From Eledone cirrhosa (Eukaryota), in NCBI GenBank assembly GCA_964016885.1, contig OZ024751.1, forward strand, positions 1,302,001 through 1,366,000: 64,000 bases of DNA, given 5' to 3'. Of this stretch, positions 12,191 through 28,980 are shown in pieces. Numbering within the stretch: the stretch's first letter is position 1; each line of letters starts with the position of its first letter. A program made the position numbers and the translations under genes. Below the pieces are notes generated by a model. It was not told the DNA's origin. It searched no databases and was given only the letters and a program-made list of their open reading frames with translations.

Positions 12191-13118
12191 GTGTGTGCGT
12201 GTGTGTGAAAATGGATCAGGTTAAGTTAAGGGGAACTTCTCAATTCTTACAAGCATTCCATCATTTCGATTGAAGAAATTTGCCTTTTTTTATTGAATTA
12301 TTTGCAAATTCGACACAAAAAATAGAAGAAGAAGAAGAAGAAGAAGAAGAAGAAGAAGAAGAAGAAGAAGAAGAAGAAGAAGAAGAAGAAGAAGAAGAAG
12401 AAGAAGAAGACTAATGCAAAAGTTGTTGGCATTTCACCTTGGCAAGTGTGATTTAATCTAATTTAATTTTTTTTTTCTCAGAAATAGTAAAAGAATTGGT
12501 GAGAATCTTTTACCATTAAATTAGTGACAGACAAATAAATATTGAATTGAATGCTCTGAAATAAATAAATAAATAAACACACAAAATAAATAAAAAAAAC
12601 TGTGGCTTGTGATGGAGGACTTTTAAGAAGCCAACTCCCATAATAACTATAACGTTTGGAATATTATCTAATAAAAAATGCTTAAAAGAGTGAAAGATAG
12701 AGAGATAGAGATAAAGGGAGATATAGAGACAGAAAAAAAAAACATCGGTGTTTGAAATTCATCTTGTGCTGTTTAATATTTTAGACACAGCACCCAATTC
12801 TTGAAAGATCGAGGAAAATATAACCTTAAAATCAATTTTGTTCAATTATTTTGTTTTCAAAACCATGCAGAAGAAATTGGAATATTAATAACAATGTAAG
12901 TCAGTGTTTTTTGTTTTATAAATACTATTAGAAGTACTATAAAAAGTACTATTGTAAGTACTATTTCCCTGAAAAAACAATAAATAAAAAAAATAGACAG
13001 AGAGAAAAAAACATAAAAACATTATTTTTGATTTTATTTCTTGTGTTGTTTTTTTTACGATGTTTTGAAATAAAAGCAAAAACAATATCAGTATTCAGAA
13101 CAAACAAAATAACAGCAA

Positions 13119-13227
<109 letters not shown>

Positions 13228-13266
13228 ACATATATAAGTATATGTATATATATATAAATACATACA

Positions 13267-13303
<37 letters not shown>

Positions 13304-14037
13304 GTATATACATGCATATATATATATATGTGTGTGTGTGTGTAATGTATATATATCCAACACATTAACAGCAATATGTGTATAAACAAAAACAAAAACG
13401 ATAAAATGTTCGTAAAACCGGATATCCGGTTTTAAATACAAATACATCCCTTGTTTTTAAAAACATGTTAATTCTTAATAAATAACATATAATCCTGATC
13501 TTCATCGATAATTTTGATTTTCTGTTAAAGCACAGAGATACAATAAAAAAAAATCAACAACAACGATCAAACAAATGAAACGACGTCGTTTGTTCCCCAA
13601 ACGCCATCTTGGTGCTCCTGAAAATGGTGTTTCACACAAATATACATGGGTGACGATAATTTAAAACTCCCAAGATTTAAAAAAAAAGGATTTCTCCCTT
13701 ATTCAAAAAAACTTCTGTATGTACATTAAAGAAGATATGCTTTTTTTAAATGAATTTTTTTTCTTCCAATATCATTTTAAAATGAAATGTTAACAAGGAA
13801 ATAGCAAGTTAATAGCATTTTTAATAAGATTAAATAAATATTTTCAAATTTCAACTAATGCAATCAGATTATTAAAGTGTTTGATCATTTTGTTGTCTGT
13901 AAACGGCATTCTGTTCAATACATTTCTATTATGAATAAATAACCAGTTTATCAGTATTTTTTATGTGGAATCAACAATTAATCATAATATTGAGCATCAT
14001 TGAAACAGGACATTACAAAAGACAGAGAGATAGAGGG

Positions 14038-14120
<83 letters not shown>

Positions 14121-14172
14121 TATATATACATATATATATATAGTTTATATATATATATAATATATATAATAT

Positions 14173-14206
<34 letters not shown>

Positions 14207-14835
14207 ATTTTATAGGTATGTATATATATATACATACACATATATATATGTATATATATTTATATATATATATGTATAAGCATTATATATATATATATAT
14301 ATATACATGTATATATACATGTATATATATATATATATATATACATGTATATATATATATACATGTATATATATATATACATATATATATATACATATAT
14401 ATATACATATACATATAGATAGATAGATGGAGAGAGAGAGATTAGAGAATTAAGGAAAAGAATTTTCGATCACTACATTGTAGTAAGTCTTTGATTTCTT
14501 GGAAGTGACAAAAAGTTGTAATATACAAGAAATACAAAACAGAACAAACACATACATATATACACATATACACATACACACATATACACATACACACACA
14601 AAAAATAACCCAACGTTGACGTCTGCTATTTTTTTCGAACATATTTGTTGCATATGTATATCACAGTTAAACCATTATAGCTGAAAGATATAATTCCACA
14701 TAATATGGAATATATCTCTGTGGGACATCATGTAAAAATTAGTTTAAAAAATAACGAAGCATGAATAAGGAGAATAAATAAATGAATAAATATATATATA
14801 TATATGAATATAAATAAATAAGTATATATATATAT

Positions 14836-14913
<78 letters not shown>

Positions 14914-15009
14914 ATATATATGTAAATATAATATTTATATATATATATTTAAATGTATATGTAAATATAATATATATATATATATATATAGGTAAATATA
15001 AATAAATAA

Positions 15010-15051
<42 letters not shown>

Positions 15052-15549
15052 AAATGTAATGACACAACCAAATTTCATAAATAAAAAAAAGTACACAAAC
15101 AAATATGAACAATAATAGATATTTACAGAATGTCTGATATAACAGATGCAGAGTCTTGTAGACTCTTCCAATTATTGCATTCAAAACAAAAAACAGCAAA
15201 TGCAAATAACAATGATATTAATAATAATAATATAATATTAATAATAATAATAATGGTAATAATAAATAAATGAATAAATAAATAATAAATAAATAATAAA
15301 TAAATAATAAATAAATAATAATAAGAAAAAATAGAAAAAATAACTTCCTATATTATACAATTTCGTTGACCTGTTCAAAAGAAAGTCCGACATATGTACA
15401 TATATGCAAACGCAATACCGCAGCAGATACTCACGCACACATTCACACATATAGCCACATACACACACTCACACTCACACACATACAGGCATATATATAC
15501 ATATATATATATATGTATATATATATATACATCAAACCATATATATATG

Positions 15550-16005
15550 GTTTGATGATGGCTAGCTGGGTGATAGAAGCTCTTGAAAGAGAAACTTGAC
15601 GTGCATTGGTGAATGATGGGGTCCATAATTTTGGGGACAGACACATAGAGCACGAGAAGATCAAACGAGATGTTCGTGAGCAATGCCCTGGTGTGTCTCT
15701 CGAAACGATCGGTGTCTCCATTGAATTGAAGTGCCCAGAGTGTGGAAAAATTTGCTTGAGCAAATCTGGTCTCAGGAGCCACTGTTACAGCCATCTTCAA
15801 AGAGAACCAGTGAACTATGATCTCCACGGTATTGTGAGGGTTCACAGGCAACCTGATGCAAGGCATGAGGCCAGGGAGATCTATAGTTGTCGTCAATGTG
15901 CGAAGGAGTGCAAGTCTCTAGCAGGCTTGAAAAGCCATATCCGAGCGTCACACATCTGAACCTGACGAGCGATTGCAATACTCTTATCAGAGTTTGCAGC
16001 CATCA
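15550..16005 (+). mobile_element. 3' end of an RTE-clade LINE (C-terminal zinc-finger-like motifs), degenerate
   Basis: WVIEALERET*RALVNDGV followed by CPECG...GLRSH and CRQC...[10 protein letters not shown], typical of RTE ORF termini; in-frame stop; microsatellite downstream. Confidence 0.7.
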
Positions 16006-16024
16006 TGTATGTATATATATATGT

Positions 16025-16227
<203 letters not shown>

Positions 16228-16600
16228 TATACATCTATATATATATAGAGATATGTGGGTTTGTGCCTGTATATGTGTATGCGTGTGTATGTGTTTGCTT
16301 AGACATATATTTACACGTGGGTAGGTGTTTATTTATACATACATATTTTATACATATATTGATATGGATAGCCGTGTAAACAAAAAGGGGGCGGGAGGCG
16401 TGTAACCTCGAAAGCGAGGTTACATTTTTGTCAGACATAGCAAAAAAAAAAAAAAAATATTAAGAAAACTATCGGTATGACGAGGCTATAAAGTTCCCAT
16501 TGGCGACCGGCATCGGAATCTGTCATATATCTACAACAACGTAGTACTGGTCTAACAGAGGATTACTGAGCCATATCATATCTGTGTAATGTGTGATATG

Positions 16601-16637
<37 letters not shown>

Positions 16638-16640
16638 CTA

Positions 16641-16734
<94 letters not shown>

Positions 16735-16874
16735 CATATGTACACATACATATACATATATGTATAAATGCACATATTTATGTGTGTGTATGTGTATGAG
16801 TGTGGGTGTGTATGCGTGTGCGTGTAAAATGAGCAAAAACCCTCAAGTCTTTAGAAAGTGAGTAATGGCAAGGC

Positions 16875-16910
16875 AGATTACTGTTTCGACAATCCCGTCT
16901 CTTCAGTCAC
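16875..16910 (-). ncRNA. Isolated hammerhead-like core
   Basis: CTGAAGA-GAC-GGGATT-GTC-GAAACAGTA; helix II perfect, helix I poorly supported. Confidence 0.4.
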
Positions 16911-17264
16911 GTGCATCTCTTCACCTTAATTTACGACTGAAGGCCACATCTCGCCATTCCCTAAAATTAAAACAGTTTATTTAAGAACAACTATCCAGCT
17001 CTAGAACAACAGTCGTAGATTTGAACCAGGTATAGTTTCAAAATGACCTAGTTTTTCACGAAATGCTAATGTCTATATAAAGTTGAACAGAACTGTAGCT
17101 TCTCTCATGCGTTAGGTTGACGGGTACGTATGGTTTAACAGTTCGGTGTGAGTGGAAGGCAGCACTCTCCTGGTTACACTTCTCTTTTTTTTTATCAAAC
17201 TAAGTTACATTCTGTTTACTATGTTGTCATTTCTACATCTATTTTTAGTGATTTGTTGTAGATC

Positions 17265-17620
17265 CGACCTTTGGTTGATTTAACGTTTGGTTGATTATAC
17301 TTTTGGTTGATCCAACTTGTAAGTAATTCAAGTTTTGGTTGATTCAACTTTTGGTTGGTCCAATGTTTTGGTTGATTCAACTTTTTGTTAATTCGACTTT
17401 CAGTTGATCCGATTTTCAGTTGAGCTGCTGTTTTGTTGAACTCACTTTTAGATGATTGACCTTTTAGTTGATGCAACTTATAGTTGATCCGCCTTTTTGT
17501 TAATCCACCTTTTAGTTGATTCAATTTTCAGTTGATCCGAGATGTTGCTGCTCAAACCTTTCGGTTGATGCCATCTTTAGTTGATTCAAAATTTAATTGA
17601 TCTGAATTTTAGTTGATCAA
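17265..17620. repeat. Degenerate 16-bp minisatellite (TTTTGGTTGATTCAAC), about 20 copies
   Basis: GTTGAT recurs at about 16-bp spacing. Confidence 0.8.
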
Positions 17621-17700
17621 GCTATTAGCTGAACACAAAATGGGTAATGTTGAAACATTTGTCCTTTATACACACATACATAGATGATAAACATTTGTAT

Positions 17701-17733
<33 letters not shown>

Positions 17734-19740
17734 ATACAACTGCAGAATGAGAGTATGTTCAATGCTGACATCTTTAGCAAGATTATTGCTAGCCAAACGT
17801 TGTAGAGAAGCTGAATAGAATAAAAAATGGAGAATTTGTTATAAATCAAAGGATGTGTCTTGTTTAGAAGACAGACAAGTTGATCTCTGTTCATCGATTA
17901 GTTTATGTAATCAATGGATTTTTTACCATACCAATTGATCAATTCATTGAATGGTTAGCCAATGAATTAATTTTCATTGGTGGGTTATTAGACCAATCAG
18001 AAAGCAATCCGGATAATCCGTATCACAGATCATAATTAACATTCAATAATAAAACTCTTGATTGTTTGTGGGGGGTTTTCAGTCGGTGGGTTATGTGTGT
18101 TTGTGTGTATGTATGGGTACTATCATAACATAATGAGTACGTATGTTTGTCTATTTATATCCACTCGAGTATCCGTGTGTGGACTATGTATATATGTGTT
18201 TATGTAAATGCAATGAAGAATACTCTTATTATAATATGTGTGTATGAGCTTATTCTTTATGCATATCCGTGCATGTATGTATTGATACACAGACATACGT
18301 ACACACCCGCACATATGTATATGTGGGGTGCATAACCCAACAAAACTTAAGTACCTGCATATATATATATATACACACACACATATGTATGTATGTATAT
18401 AGAGATATATATTGATTGATATATTAGTGGATATGTATTTATGTATGTATATATATATATATATGTATGTATGTATGTATATATGTATGCATGCACGTAC
18501 GTACGTATGTATATATATATACATGAATGTGTGTGTATATATATGTGTGTATGTATGTCTGTCCTTTTCCTTACTTAGCCTACAGATTGATTGATATCAT
18601 GGATTTTTCAGACCGAGAAATGTTGTCCTAAATATCTGAAGGTGTGCCGATCTTACATATATTACCAACAATACTGTAGTTTCCCTAACTCATCATCACT
18701 GACGACTGTTGTTGTGCTTCTTCTCTACACAATGGCCGCTCATATGTAAGATCTGTTGTTAACCTGTCTTCACTCGTTTTAATATCAAAATCAAGCAATG
18801 TTCTAATAATATATGGTCCTCACATATATCATGTCGTTCGTTGGAAATCACCGCTTCCATGCGTCGGATGTCTGTGATCGCTGTGCTTGGGTGTGGCCTC
18901 TGTTAGCGATGCTGTGGATGCGCTGGTCGGAGCTGCTGGTTCTACCGATCCCGGGTGAACGTCGATACAAGTGAACAAGTTGTGGTTACAGTACAGATAA
19001 AAGCGGCAGACTTACAGAATTACGGAACGGTCTCTGCTGTGGAGCAAGAAGTGGAAGAAAATGTGCAATGAAGAATATTAAAAAACAACAACAACAAAAC
19101 AAGAACAACAGAGAGGAAAATCTCATTTTCATGGTGTCTGCTCTGCTGCTGTAGGTGAGAAATAGGCAGAAAAATAAAAGGAATCTTATTCCCTAAAGCA
19201 AGTGTAGTGTACAATGTAACCTTCGTAGACAAATATTATTGAGGAAAAAAATGAACGAAAGGAAACAAGAAAAAAAAACAAACAAAGTAAAAAAAAACAG
19301 AATTCTGTTAGAATTCAAAAATTTACAAGATATAAAAAATAAAATAAATATACACATACAAAACAAAAAGAAAATCTCAATTTGCAAATCGTTTTTTTTT
19401 TTTTGAAAGATAATTTTTTTTTCCCTCAATTTTTGGCCGTTTGTATCCGATAATGCTTCACCAAAGGACAACTTTATGTTGGCACATTCACGTTTCTGCA
19501 CCAGATTATTATTTAAAAAAAAATTTATTTCTGTTTTTTTCAAGGGAATGGTAGCTTCCATTTATGTTCTATTTTGTAGTAGCATCTCAATGATGTTATT
19601 GAACCAGCATCCTCGGTGTTTCCAATTGAGTGTTCTGCTTTATTGTAAAATATTGAACGCTGCTTCAATGAATGCAGTGGCTCTAGAGATTGGATGGTAT
19701 GTTGTCTGGAGACTCCTCTAGCGGGGCAACATTATATATA

Positions 19741-19863
<123 letters not shown>

Positions 19864-19866
19864 ATT

Positions 19867-19905
<39 letters not shown>

Positions 19906-19965
19906 ACATATATGATGACCGGGAACAAGAAACTCCGAGTAGCGACTGACGCAGACTCAGTTTTG

Positions 19966-20013
<48 letters not shown>

Positions 20014-20665
20014 CTGCATGTGCACGCATATATGTTAATGTATATATGGTACCCTATGTGTATGTAAAGTGTTTGTTGGCAATTTTTTTTTGTTGGACAG
20101 GTTGTAAGATAGAGATAGACAGACAGACGTACAAACAATTAAATAAACATGGATAAAATAGATAGATAGAAAGATAAGTAGATAGACATAGATTAAAAAG
20201 ATAAGACATAGATAAATCGACAGATAGTGAGTTAATTAATTAGTTAGATAGATGTATAGATAGATAGATAGACAGATAGATAATTAAGAGAGATTAAAAA
20301 GACCGATAGATAAATTGCAACTATTGTTATGAAATCAAAATTGTAAAAACAATGAATTCGAAAAAGAAATCCTTCTGTAAAGATCAAATTCCATATTGGT
20401 GGAAATGGTAAAAGAATCCAGTAAGTCAGTTTAAAAAAAAAAATAAAAAAGAGGTTTTGTTGTTTTTTTGTTATTTTTTTTTAATATATCTTCTTTCTTT
20501 GATTTTTTTTCTTGTTTGAATTTTGTTTTCAAAATGGAAACCAACAGTTTGTTGTTTTCGAAATATAACCACCATTTTGGATTTTTTTTTTGTCTTCTTC
20601 CCTCCTCACAATCATTCAACAAGTCCAGTAGTTATATGCACAAGTTTATTGTCATTATCATAATT

Positions 20666-20822
<157 letters not shown>

Positions 20823-22769
20823 ACAGTATTTTTATTATTTAACAATTTTTTTAAAACTTTTGCTTAGCATTATTTTTGCTTTTTTTGTATATTTATACTT
20901 GTATGCATATAGAAATTCTGAACGCAGTAAACGTAGAAAGAGACTAAAAGTTTTTAGTAATCGTCCGATATATCATATATATATATATTTATAAAGGTGA
21001 AAAAACCGTGAAAAATATCTTATGTGCATAGATTATACATAATTAGCTCCGCATTCTTTTTTTTTAAGTCTAGCTTCCGGGTGAGAAAGACGGCAAAAAT
21101 GTTTTGTGTGTCATGTTCACAGCTTTGAACTGCAGGATGCCAACTTCTACAGTTGCTATTGAAAATCGGAGTAGATTTTTGGGATTAGGCGCAGGGTTGT
21201 AGACTTATTTGTGGGAGGGAAGGAAGGAGTATGGGGTATTTGTATTAATATTATTTTTTTGTTTATTTGTTTGTCCTCATACTTTACGAAGTGAGGAAAA
21301 ATCGGGGACATTGAATCACTGATATTTCTTTCTTCCTTTCTTCTTTGTTTCGTGTTTGTTATAATTATTCTTATTATTATTGTAATAATAATATTTTTTT
21401 TTATTGTATATATATATACATATATATATGTGTATATATATACATATATATATATGTATATATAAAAGTCAATGTCTGGAGTTATATATAGCAACGTCTT
21501 GTGCCATACTCCTTCTGGTCAATCACACACATATAAAAAATAAAATAAAAAAAATTGTTGAATACATAAGAGGGAGTCGAGGTGTAAAATGATAAAAATT
21601 CCAAATTGTCTGTTCTTTTCGTTTCTCTCTTCACAAACACAAACACTTCCCAGTGTCTCAGTTCTGGAGTCTTGGTGCAGTAAGCCAACTTCCTGTACTC
21701 AATGATAGAGTTTATTTAGTAGTGTCACATCCACACGCTCACGCTCTCAAAAACACACGTGTATACATAGATACATAGATTCATTCACACACACACAAGC
21801 TATTGTATGCCTTTGATTGGCTGCGCTGGGCCATCAAACACACGTGGCATACGTATTACTCTATCGTCAGATCACTACTTCAAATGTAAGCGAGTATTGA
21901 TATGATGGGTTTATTAAATAATATTATTATTATTAATAAATTAATTATTATTATTATTATTATTATTATTAATATTATCATTATCAATATTATCGTTATC
22001 ATTATGATTATCATTATGATTATTATTATGAGTATTATTATCATTATAATTATTATCTTTATTACCTGTTGATAGTTTTTGTTGGTTTTCTGATAGAATA
22101 AGTCTGTTGAGAGATTAAGGACGGCAAACTTTCCGATTTATTAGGAAAAGATTTCTTGCAATTAAAATCTACATATATATTTTTGGGGGTTTATTTTTGA
22201 ATTGTGCTGAATTTAGAGATATTTATGACATTTGAAAAAATCTATAAATTCCAAATTTATAATAGTTATAAAATGTAGATTATCAAATAAAACCAGATTA
22301 GTGCTATCATCAATGATCTCGACCATTAATAATATATATTTTCTTCAATTTTTTTCTTTCCACTCAAAATCAGTTTTTTTTTCTCTTCAACATAAAACTG
22401 GTTTTGAATGACGAACGATCATCAACAAAAACAATAAAATAAAAGCGAGATTTTATTTTTTTCGTTTCGTTTCATTTCACTTCAAGTTATTTAAGAATCA
22501 ATAAATTTCCACATAGTAGTAGATATATTATTAATAAAAGGTGTTTTAAGAAAGTCGTTAGCTATTGGAAAAATATGCCGTCCTTGTGTCTCTCGTTGAG
22601 AAAGTGCATATGAGCTCAAATAACAATCAATAAATTTGATATAGGCAGGTAATCATTTATTGGCGGTTTTCTAATCAAATGTTATTTCCCCTTGGAATAC
22701 AACATCGTTCACAACATACTTCTTACTTTTAGTGTCCCCCATATTGACTTTTCGTTATTGTTGTTGTTG

Positions 22770-22858
<89 letters not shown>

Positions 22859-23679
22859 TTACTGGACCATTATTATTTTATTAATCACTTTTTAAAAGAG
22901 AAACTAATCTAGTTTCACTTTAAACGCAGTCCATTGTGATTATATTTCTTTGTTAAAATTACATCGATACTAATTAAAAACAAAACCCCACAACAACAAT
23001 ATTAACAATATTAACAACAATAATAACAACAACAACAACATTATAAACAATAACTTTGATATTATAAAATCTCAAGCGGTTTCCCGTCTTTGTTACTACA
23101 CCCTTGGGACTGTTGCAGTGAAATGAGGGGAAAACAGAGTTTTTTTTAAAGGTTGGTCTTTGCATGAACACTAAGAATTAGGCAAAACAAAATACATGTT
23201 AAAAAATAACAATAATTCAACCAGAAATAATCACGGTAGTTTCTTTGTTTGATTCTCGTTACTTAAATCGCTGTCGCTCGTTCTTCAATATCTCTCCCCT
23301 CTCCCTCCATTAAAATAGAGTTATAATTACATAGTCCATTCACCCTCACCCAGGATACGTTGCTTTTTACAGCTTCACGAATCTCGGTAGTATTAACAGA
23401 CACATTATCTAAACGCGAGATAACACTCGATGGAGGTTTCTAGAATATATAATAATATAAATTAAAAAATATATATATAACAAAACACAAACTAAAATAT
23501 CAATGATAAAGTAGTTTAGTTTCCATTATAATAAACTTTAATAAGATTTGTTGTATTCACTCGATGATTACACTTGTTTAAAAATACTCTTCGTCCCACC
23601 TTCGACTTATGTACGAAGCTCCGCCCTCCATACTATTAATATATATCCTTAGTAACAAAATAAAACAAACGATAGTAAT

Positions 23680-24030
23680 TATAATGTGGAATGGACAGTG
23701 TGTCGGACCTCCGTTGGTTTCAATGATGAATGTTCCAGTTGTTTCATCAACGAAACATCCTTCTCGTGTAATTAACGCGCAAGTAGCTGAGCATTCCACA
23801 GAAACATGTACCCTTAAGGTAATTCTCAGGGAGATTCAGCATGACACATAATGTGACAAAACTAGCCCTTTTAATTACAAGCACTACTCATTTCCCCCCA
23901 GCCAAGTGGACTGGAGCGACGTGAAATAAAGTGTCTTGCTCAAGAACACAACGCGTAACCGGGAATCTAACTCAGAAACTTAAGATCATGAAACGAACAC
24001 CCAAATATTTAAGCCACACGTTTCCACCTT
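23680..24030 (-). mobile_element. tRNA-derived SINE with CORE-like domain
   Basis: Minus strand has degenerate A/B boxes, then GTGTTCTTGAGCAAGACACTT; related copies at about 45950-46065 and 48525-48797. Confidence 0.65.
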
Positions 24031-24586
24031 AATTGTAATAAAGATTAAAAAAAAGATAATAATAAAAATAACAGCAAAGCAATGGAACAAAAATTAGGAA
24101 AATAATAGAAGAGTATCATTTTGTCAGTTGACTACAGCTGGAAATATTGTCTGTGATTGAAAGATATATGGATGGAAGAAAAAAGAAGATCAGTTGCTTT
24201 AGCAAAGGAGTGCTCCAGTGGAATTTAATATTGCATGGCTTGATTTATGCTAGCAATATTTCTATATATGGCATTGGATATAGATATTGTATGAACTGCT
24301 CAGCAGTTTCTACACATTGTTTGAAATGGCATCAGAATAGATTTATTACAAGATCATAATAATAATATTAAGAGTAATAATAAAAATAAAAATGTCTTCA
24401 CAGGCCTTTTAATGAAGGAGCAACGGATAGGTTTATTATATTATAGACTTATATATATATATAATCCATAAATTATGGTTTAAGCAGGTATTAAGCACTC
24501 TACGTTGGTTATATTATGTATCCAACAATGATATTGGAGTATCGTGTTACGAATGTGTATGTATATGTACACATATATGAATATAT

Positions 24587-24693
<107 letters not shown>

Positions 24694-24954
24694 CATATTT
24701 ATTTATATATAAGCATTTATATATACCTGTATGTATGTATGTTTGTATGTATGTATGTATGTATGTATGAAAGTATGTGCGTCATTGTGTGTCAGTCAGA
24801 GTGCGCGTGCGTGAGTGTATTGAGAGGAACGGCACGGCCACACATGAGGAAACTGTGGACGAACAAATCACGGTTTATGGTGGTGAAGCAAGGAACCAGC
24901 AACTCATGTTTATTGGTCTATTTATTATATTTTGTTAAGGCAACGGACTAGCAA

Positions 24955-25035
<81 letters not shown>

Positions 25036-25218
25036 ATATATGTAAGTATATATATATGTGTATATATACATATATTATATAAATATATATCTATATGTGT
25101 GTATATATATATATGTATATATCTTGTATATATGTGTGTATATATATAATATATATATAAATGTATATATAGATATATGCATATATATAATATATATATG
25201 TGTATATATATACATTAT

Positions 25219-25279
<61 letters not shown>

Positions 25280-25297
25280 TATATGTATGATTATATA

Positions 25298-25380
<83 letters not shown>

Positions 25381-25425
25381 GATTTTGTATATGTACACAT
25401 ATATATACATATATATATGTATGAT

Positions 25426-25456
<31 letters not shown>

Positions 25457-26107
25457 GATTTTGTATATATATATACATATATATATATGATTATATATAT
25501 ATCTATCTCTCTCTCTATATATATATATACAACTGATAAGGCAACAGACTAGAAACTTACGTTTATATGTAAGGCAACGAACTGGCGATTCTTGTAAAAC
25601 GAAATACTGGCAATTTCAATGTTTCTAGTAAAGCAAAGGGTTTCGGCAACTGATCATAACTGCAGAGCAACAAACAGATTCACTAGCAACTGATGGCAAT
25701 TGTAAAGTTACATTACTACTAGGAAAGTATGTATGGGTAAATGGGTACAGATAGAAGTCAATGCCCATTAACGAGCAATTAAACTTCATTGGATATACTG
25801 AAAATTGAACCCTCTTCCCAACAAAACTGAACAAAAACAAAGTCAAAAGAAATACTAAAAGAAACAAAGAAGCAGCAACTCTTGGGAATAAAATTCCGAT
25901 TATAGTTTTTTAAAAGATTTAGCATCGTGTAAATGTATTCGCTGATTCTGGCAATTTGAAAAAAAAAAAAAATAACTATCTAGCTATCTAGCAATTTGAC
26001 AATCTGACAATCTGGCAATCTGGCAAGTTTGCAACTGTGGTGTATTAGATGGCAACAACTATATAGTTCACTGAATTGTTTACATGGGCACTAGTAACCT
26101 ATGCCTG

Positions 26108-26183
<76 letters not shown>

Positions 26184-26259
26184 TGTGTGTGTGTGTATAT
26201 GATATGTATATGTATGTGTATATATATATTTGCATATATATATATAATATATATGTATA

Positions 26260-26319
<60 letters not shown>

Positions 26320-28231
26320 TACGCATATATATATGTATATATACATGTATATGTATATATCTATGTATATGCATCTATATATACATATATATCTATAATA
26401 TGTTTGTATATTCATATATGTACATACAGTTATTTAAAGATCTACATATGTTTCTATATATTGTATAAGGAGAACCTATTAACTTATTGTAAGACAAAGC
26501 ACTGTTTTATATTCTCGTTAATTTTCTTTAACAATAAATAACTACAACAGCAACAACAACGCCAACAATAAGAGCAAAGGATTTGGACCATATGTTAACT
26601 GGAATTGGTACAGACTAATGGTTACAAGTTATAAACAAACAGCAATTATTATGATGGTGGCATTAAGGGTTGTTCCGCATGCTACGTTTAAGAACAAACG
26701 CCGCTACATGCTAACAACTTTAGTACAGTCGCCATTTTAAACTTATTAAAATATATAACTGAAGCGGGTTTCTTTTTGTGGGGTTTTGTTTTGTTTAAAT
26801 CTTTCGTTTTAAATAAGAGAAACGTTACACAAAACACAATATTTTCTTTATATAGGGTTCACTAAACATATACAGAATTCTGCTGTTTTGTTTCTTTTTT
26901 TATTATTTGTTTTTGTTGTTTTTTTATTATAAAGAACACGGTAAATGATATTGGACAATAAGATGTTCTTTCGAGATTAAAATCATGAAGTCTCAAAGAA
27001 ACGTCTAGAATTTCGTTAGTCCTATTTCGTCTATTCAACATTTTTTTTTGTCAATAAATCCCTTTCAATAGATCATGTTTACAGAGCAAACACACCATTA
27101 TCAATAGGTATGTGTGTGACTGTATATATATATTTATATGTGTATATGTATATATGTATATGTCTATATGTATCTGTGTATGTATTTGTTTGTTTATAGA
27201 TATATGTACGTACGTGCGCGTGGTGTGTTTTTATATACATATAAGCATTTATGTATGTATATATGTAAGTGAAAGTATATGTATATATTTATTTGTGTCA
27301 GTATGTAGATATATATGTACATACTTGTGTGTATGCATGTATGTAAATGTAAGTGGATGCATATGTTTGTGTCTGAGTGCGAATGTGAGTATATGTCTGT
27401 GCGTATGTATCTTTATGTGTGTGTTTATTTGTGTGTGTGACTGTCTGTATGTTTGAGTGTGTGTTTATTTGTTTACTTGAGTGATGTATGTGTGTGCGTG
27501 AGAGAGTGTGTGTCAGTGTGTGTATTTGTTTCTTTGTGTGTTTGCGTTAAACACAATCTTGAAAGGAGCACATGGTTAAAATAGTGAACAGCATGCATTA
27601 CGGAATCAAAGAGATCGATGAAAGGATTGGTATCTCCGTCAAAAGAATCCCTTGTTTCCAGTCAGCTAAATGGGGTGCAGATGCGACCAAATGCTACGAC
27701 TGCACAGGCAACAATTGCAGCAGTCCTTAACCAATGCAACAACAAGCATGAAATGCTGCTGTTTATGTGCATTATATCGGTAAAAGGTCTGTTGCTCTAC
27801 GTGGTCGAAGCTCTCTAACATACATCATCTACAAAGAATGTGGACACTGTGTCCGCATACTATAAACGTACACATGCAAACGACACATATATACACCTAT
27901 TCCCTCTTAGCATATACTCAGTATATAGACTGCATATCTGTAAGTGTGTATATATATAATATTATTCGGTAATGTTCTTGCCCATATCTAGATATACTGT
28001 AAATTTTTATATCACATATGGTATTCTTCAATGTTCGCTATTTTTTTCCTTTATCACAAACTATACCGCATATATACTAAATTGTATCTAGCTAACTATA
28101 CAATAAAGTATATATACTATGAAGTATGTATGTTTATATATATTTATGTATTATAAGGAGTATAAATATTCATATATTTATAAACTTAACGCTTCTCTCG
28201 TTGTCTTTTGTGAACACTCGTCGTCTAGTTG

Positions 28232-28386
<155 letters not shown>

Positions 28387-28743
28387 GTATATATATATAT
28401 GTACGTGTGTATACAACCGACGCCTGGATTGTCCTACCTACACATCACAGTTGCCATCTAAACACGCACAGTAAATATACAGGGTGCGGCAAAAATACCT
28501 CCCACATTTTAAGGATTGCCGATTGACTGCACCCTGTATACATATATATACATGCATACATGCATGTACAAGCGTATAACATATATAAACACACACATAT
28601 ATATGCATACGTATGTAGTGTGCATGGATGAATGTATACTGATAGCACAATTCTTTTGCCAGATAAACAGGTGAATGGTAAGCGAAGAGACAACCAAAAA
28701 AGTTTAAAATACGATGATGATGATGACAATAATGATGATGATG

Positions 28744-28777
<34 letters not shown>

Positions 28778-28909
28778 CAACGATAACAACGACGACGATG
28801 ATGATGAATGATGGCGATGGGTGCTAAATATTGAGACAATAAGAAGTAGAAAAGTCAATTGTTCGTTTGTTTGTTGTTGCTACTGTCGCCCTTGTGGCAA
28901 ATAAAAATG

Positions 28910-28980
<71 letters not shown>

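Noticed and set aside
13580-13625. Promoter or start at the YY1-like CAAGATGGCG (minus)
   Set aside because: Single short motif; the ATG frame closes after 17 codons.
15606-15959. Host C2H2 zinc-finger gene
   Set aside because: Upstream context and motif style match an RTE LINE C-terminus, with an in-frame stop and no TGEKP linkers.
19912-19955. Hammerhead-like TGATGA...GAAACTCCGAGTA
   Set aside because: No helix II pairing, and C3 and helix I are absent.
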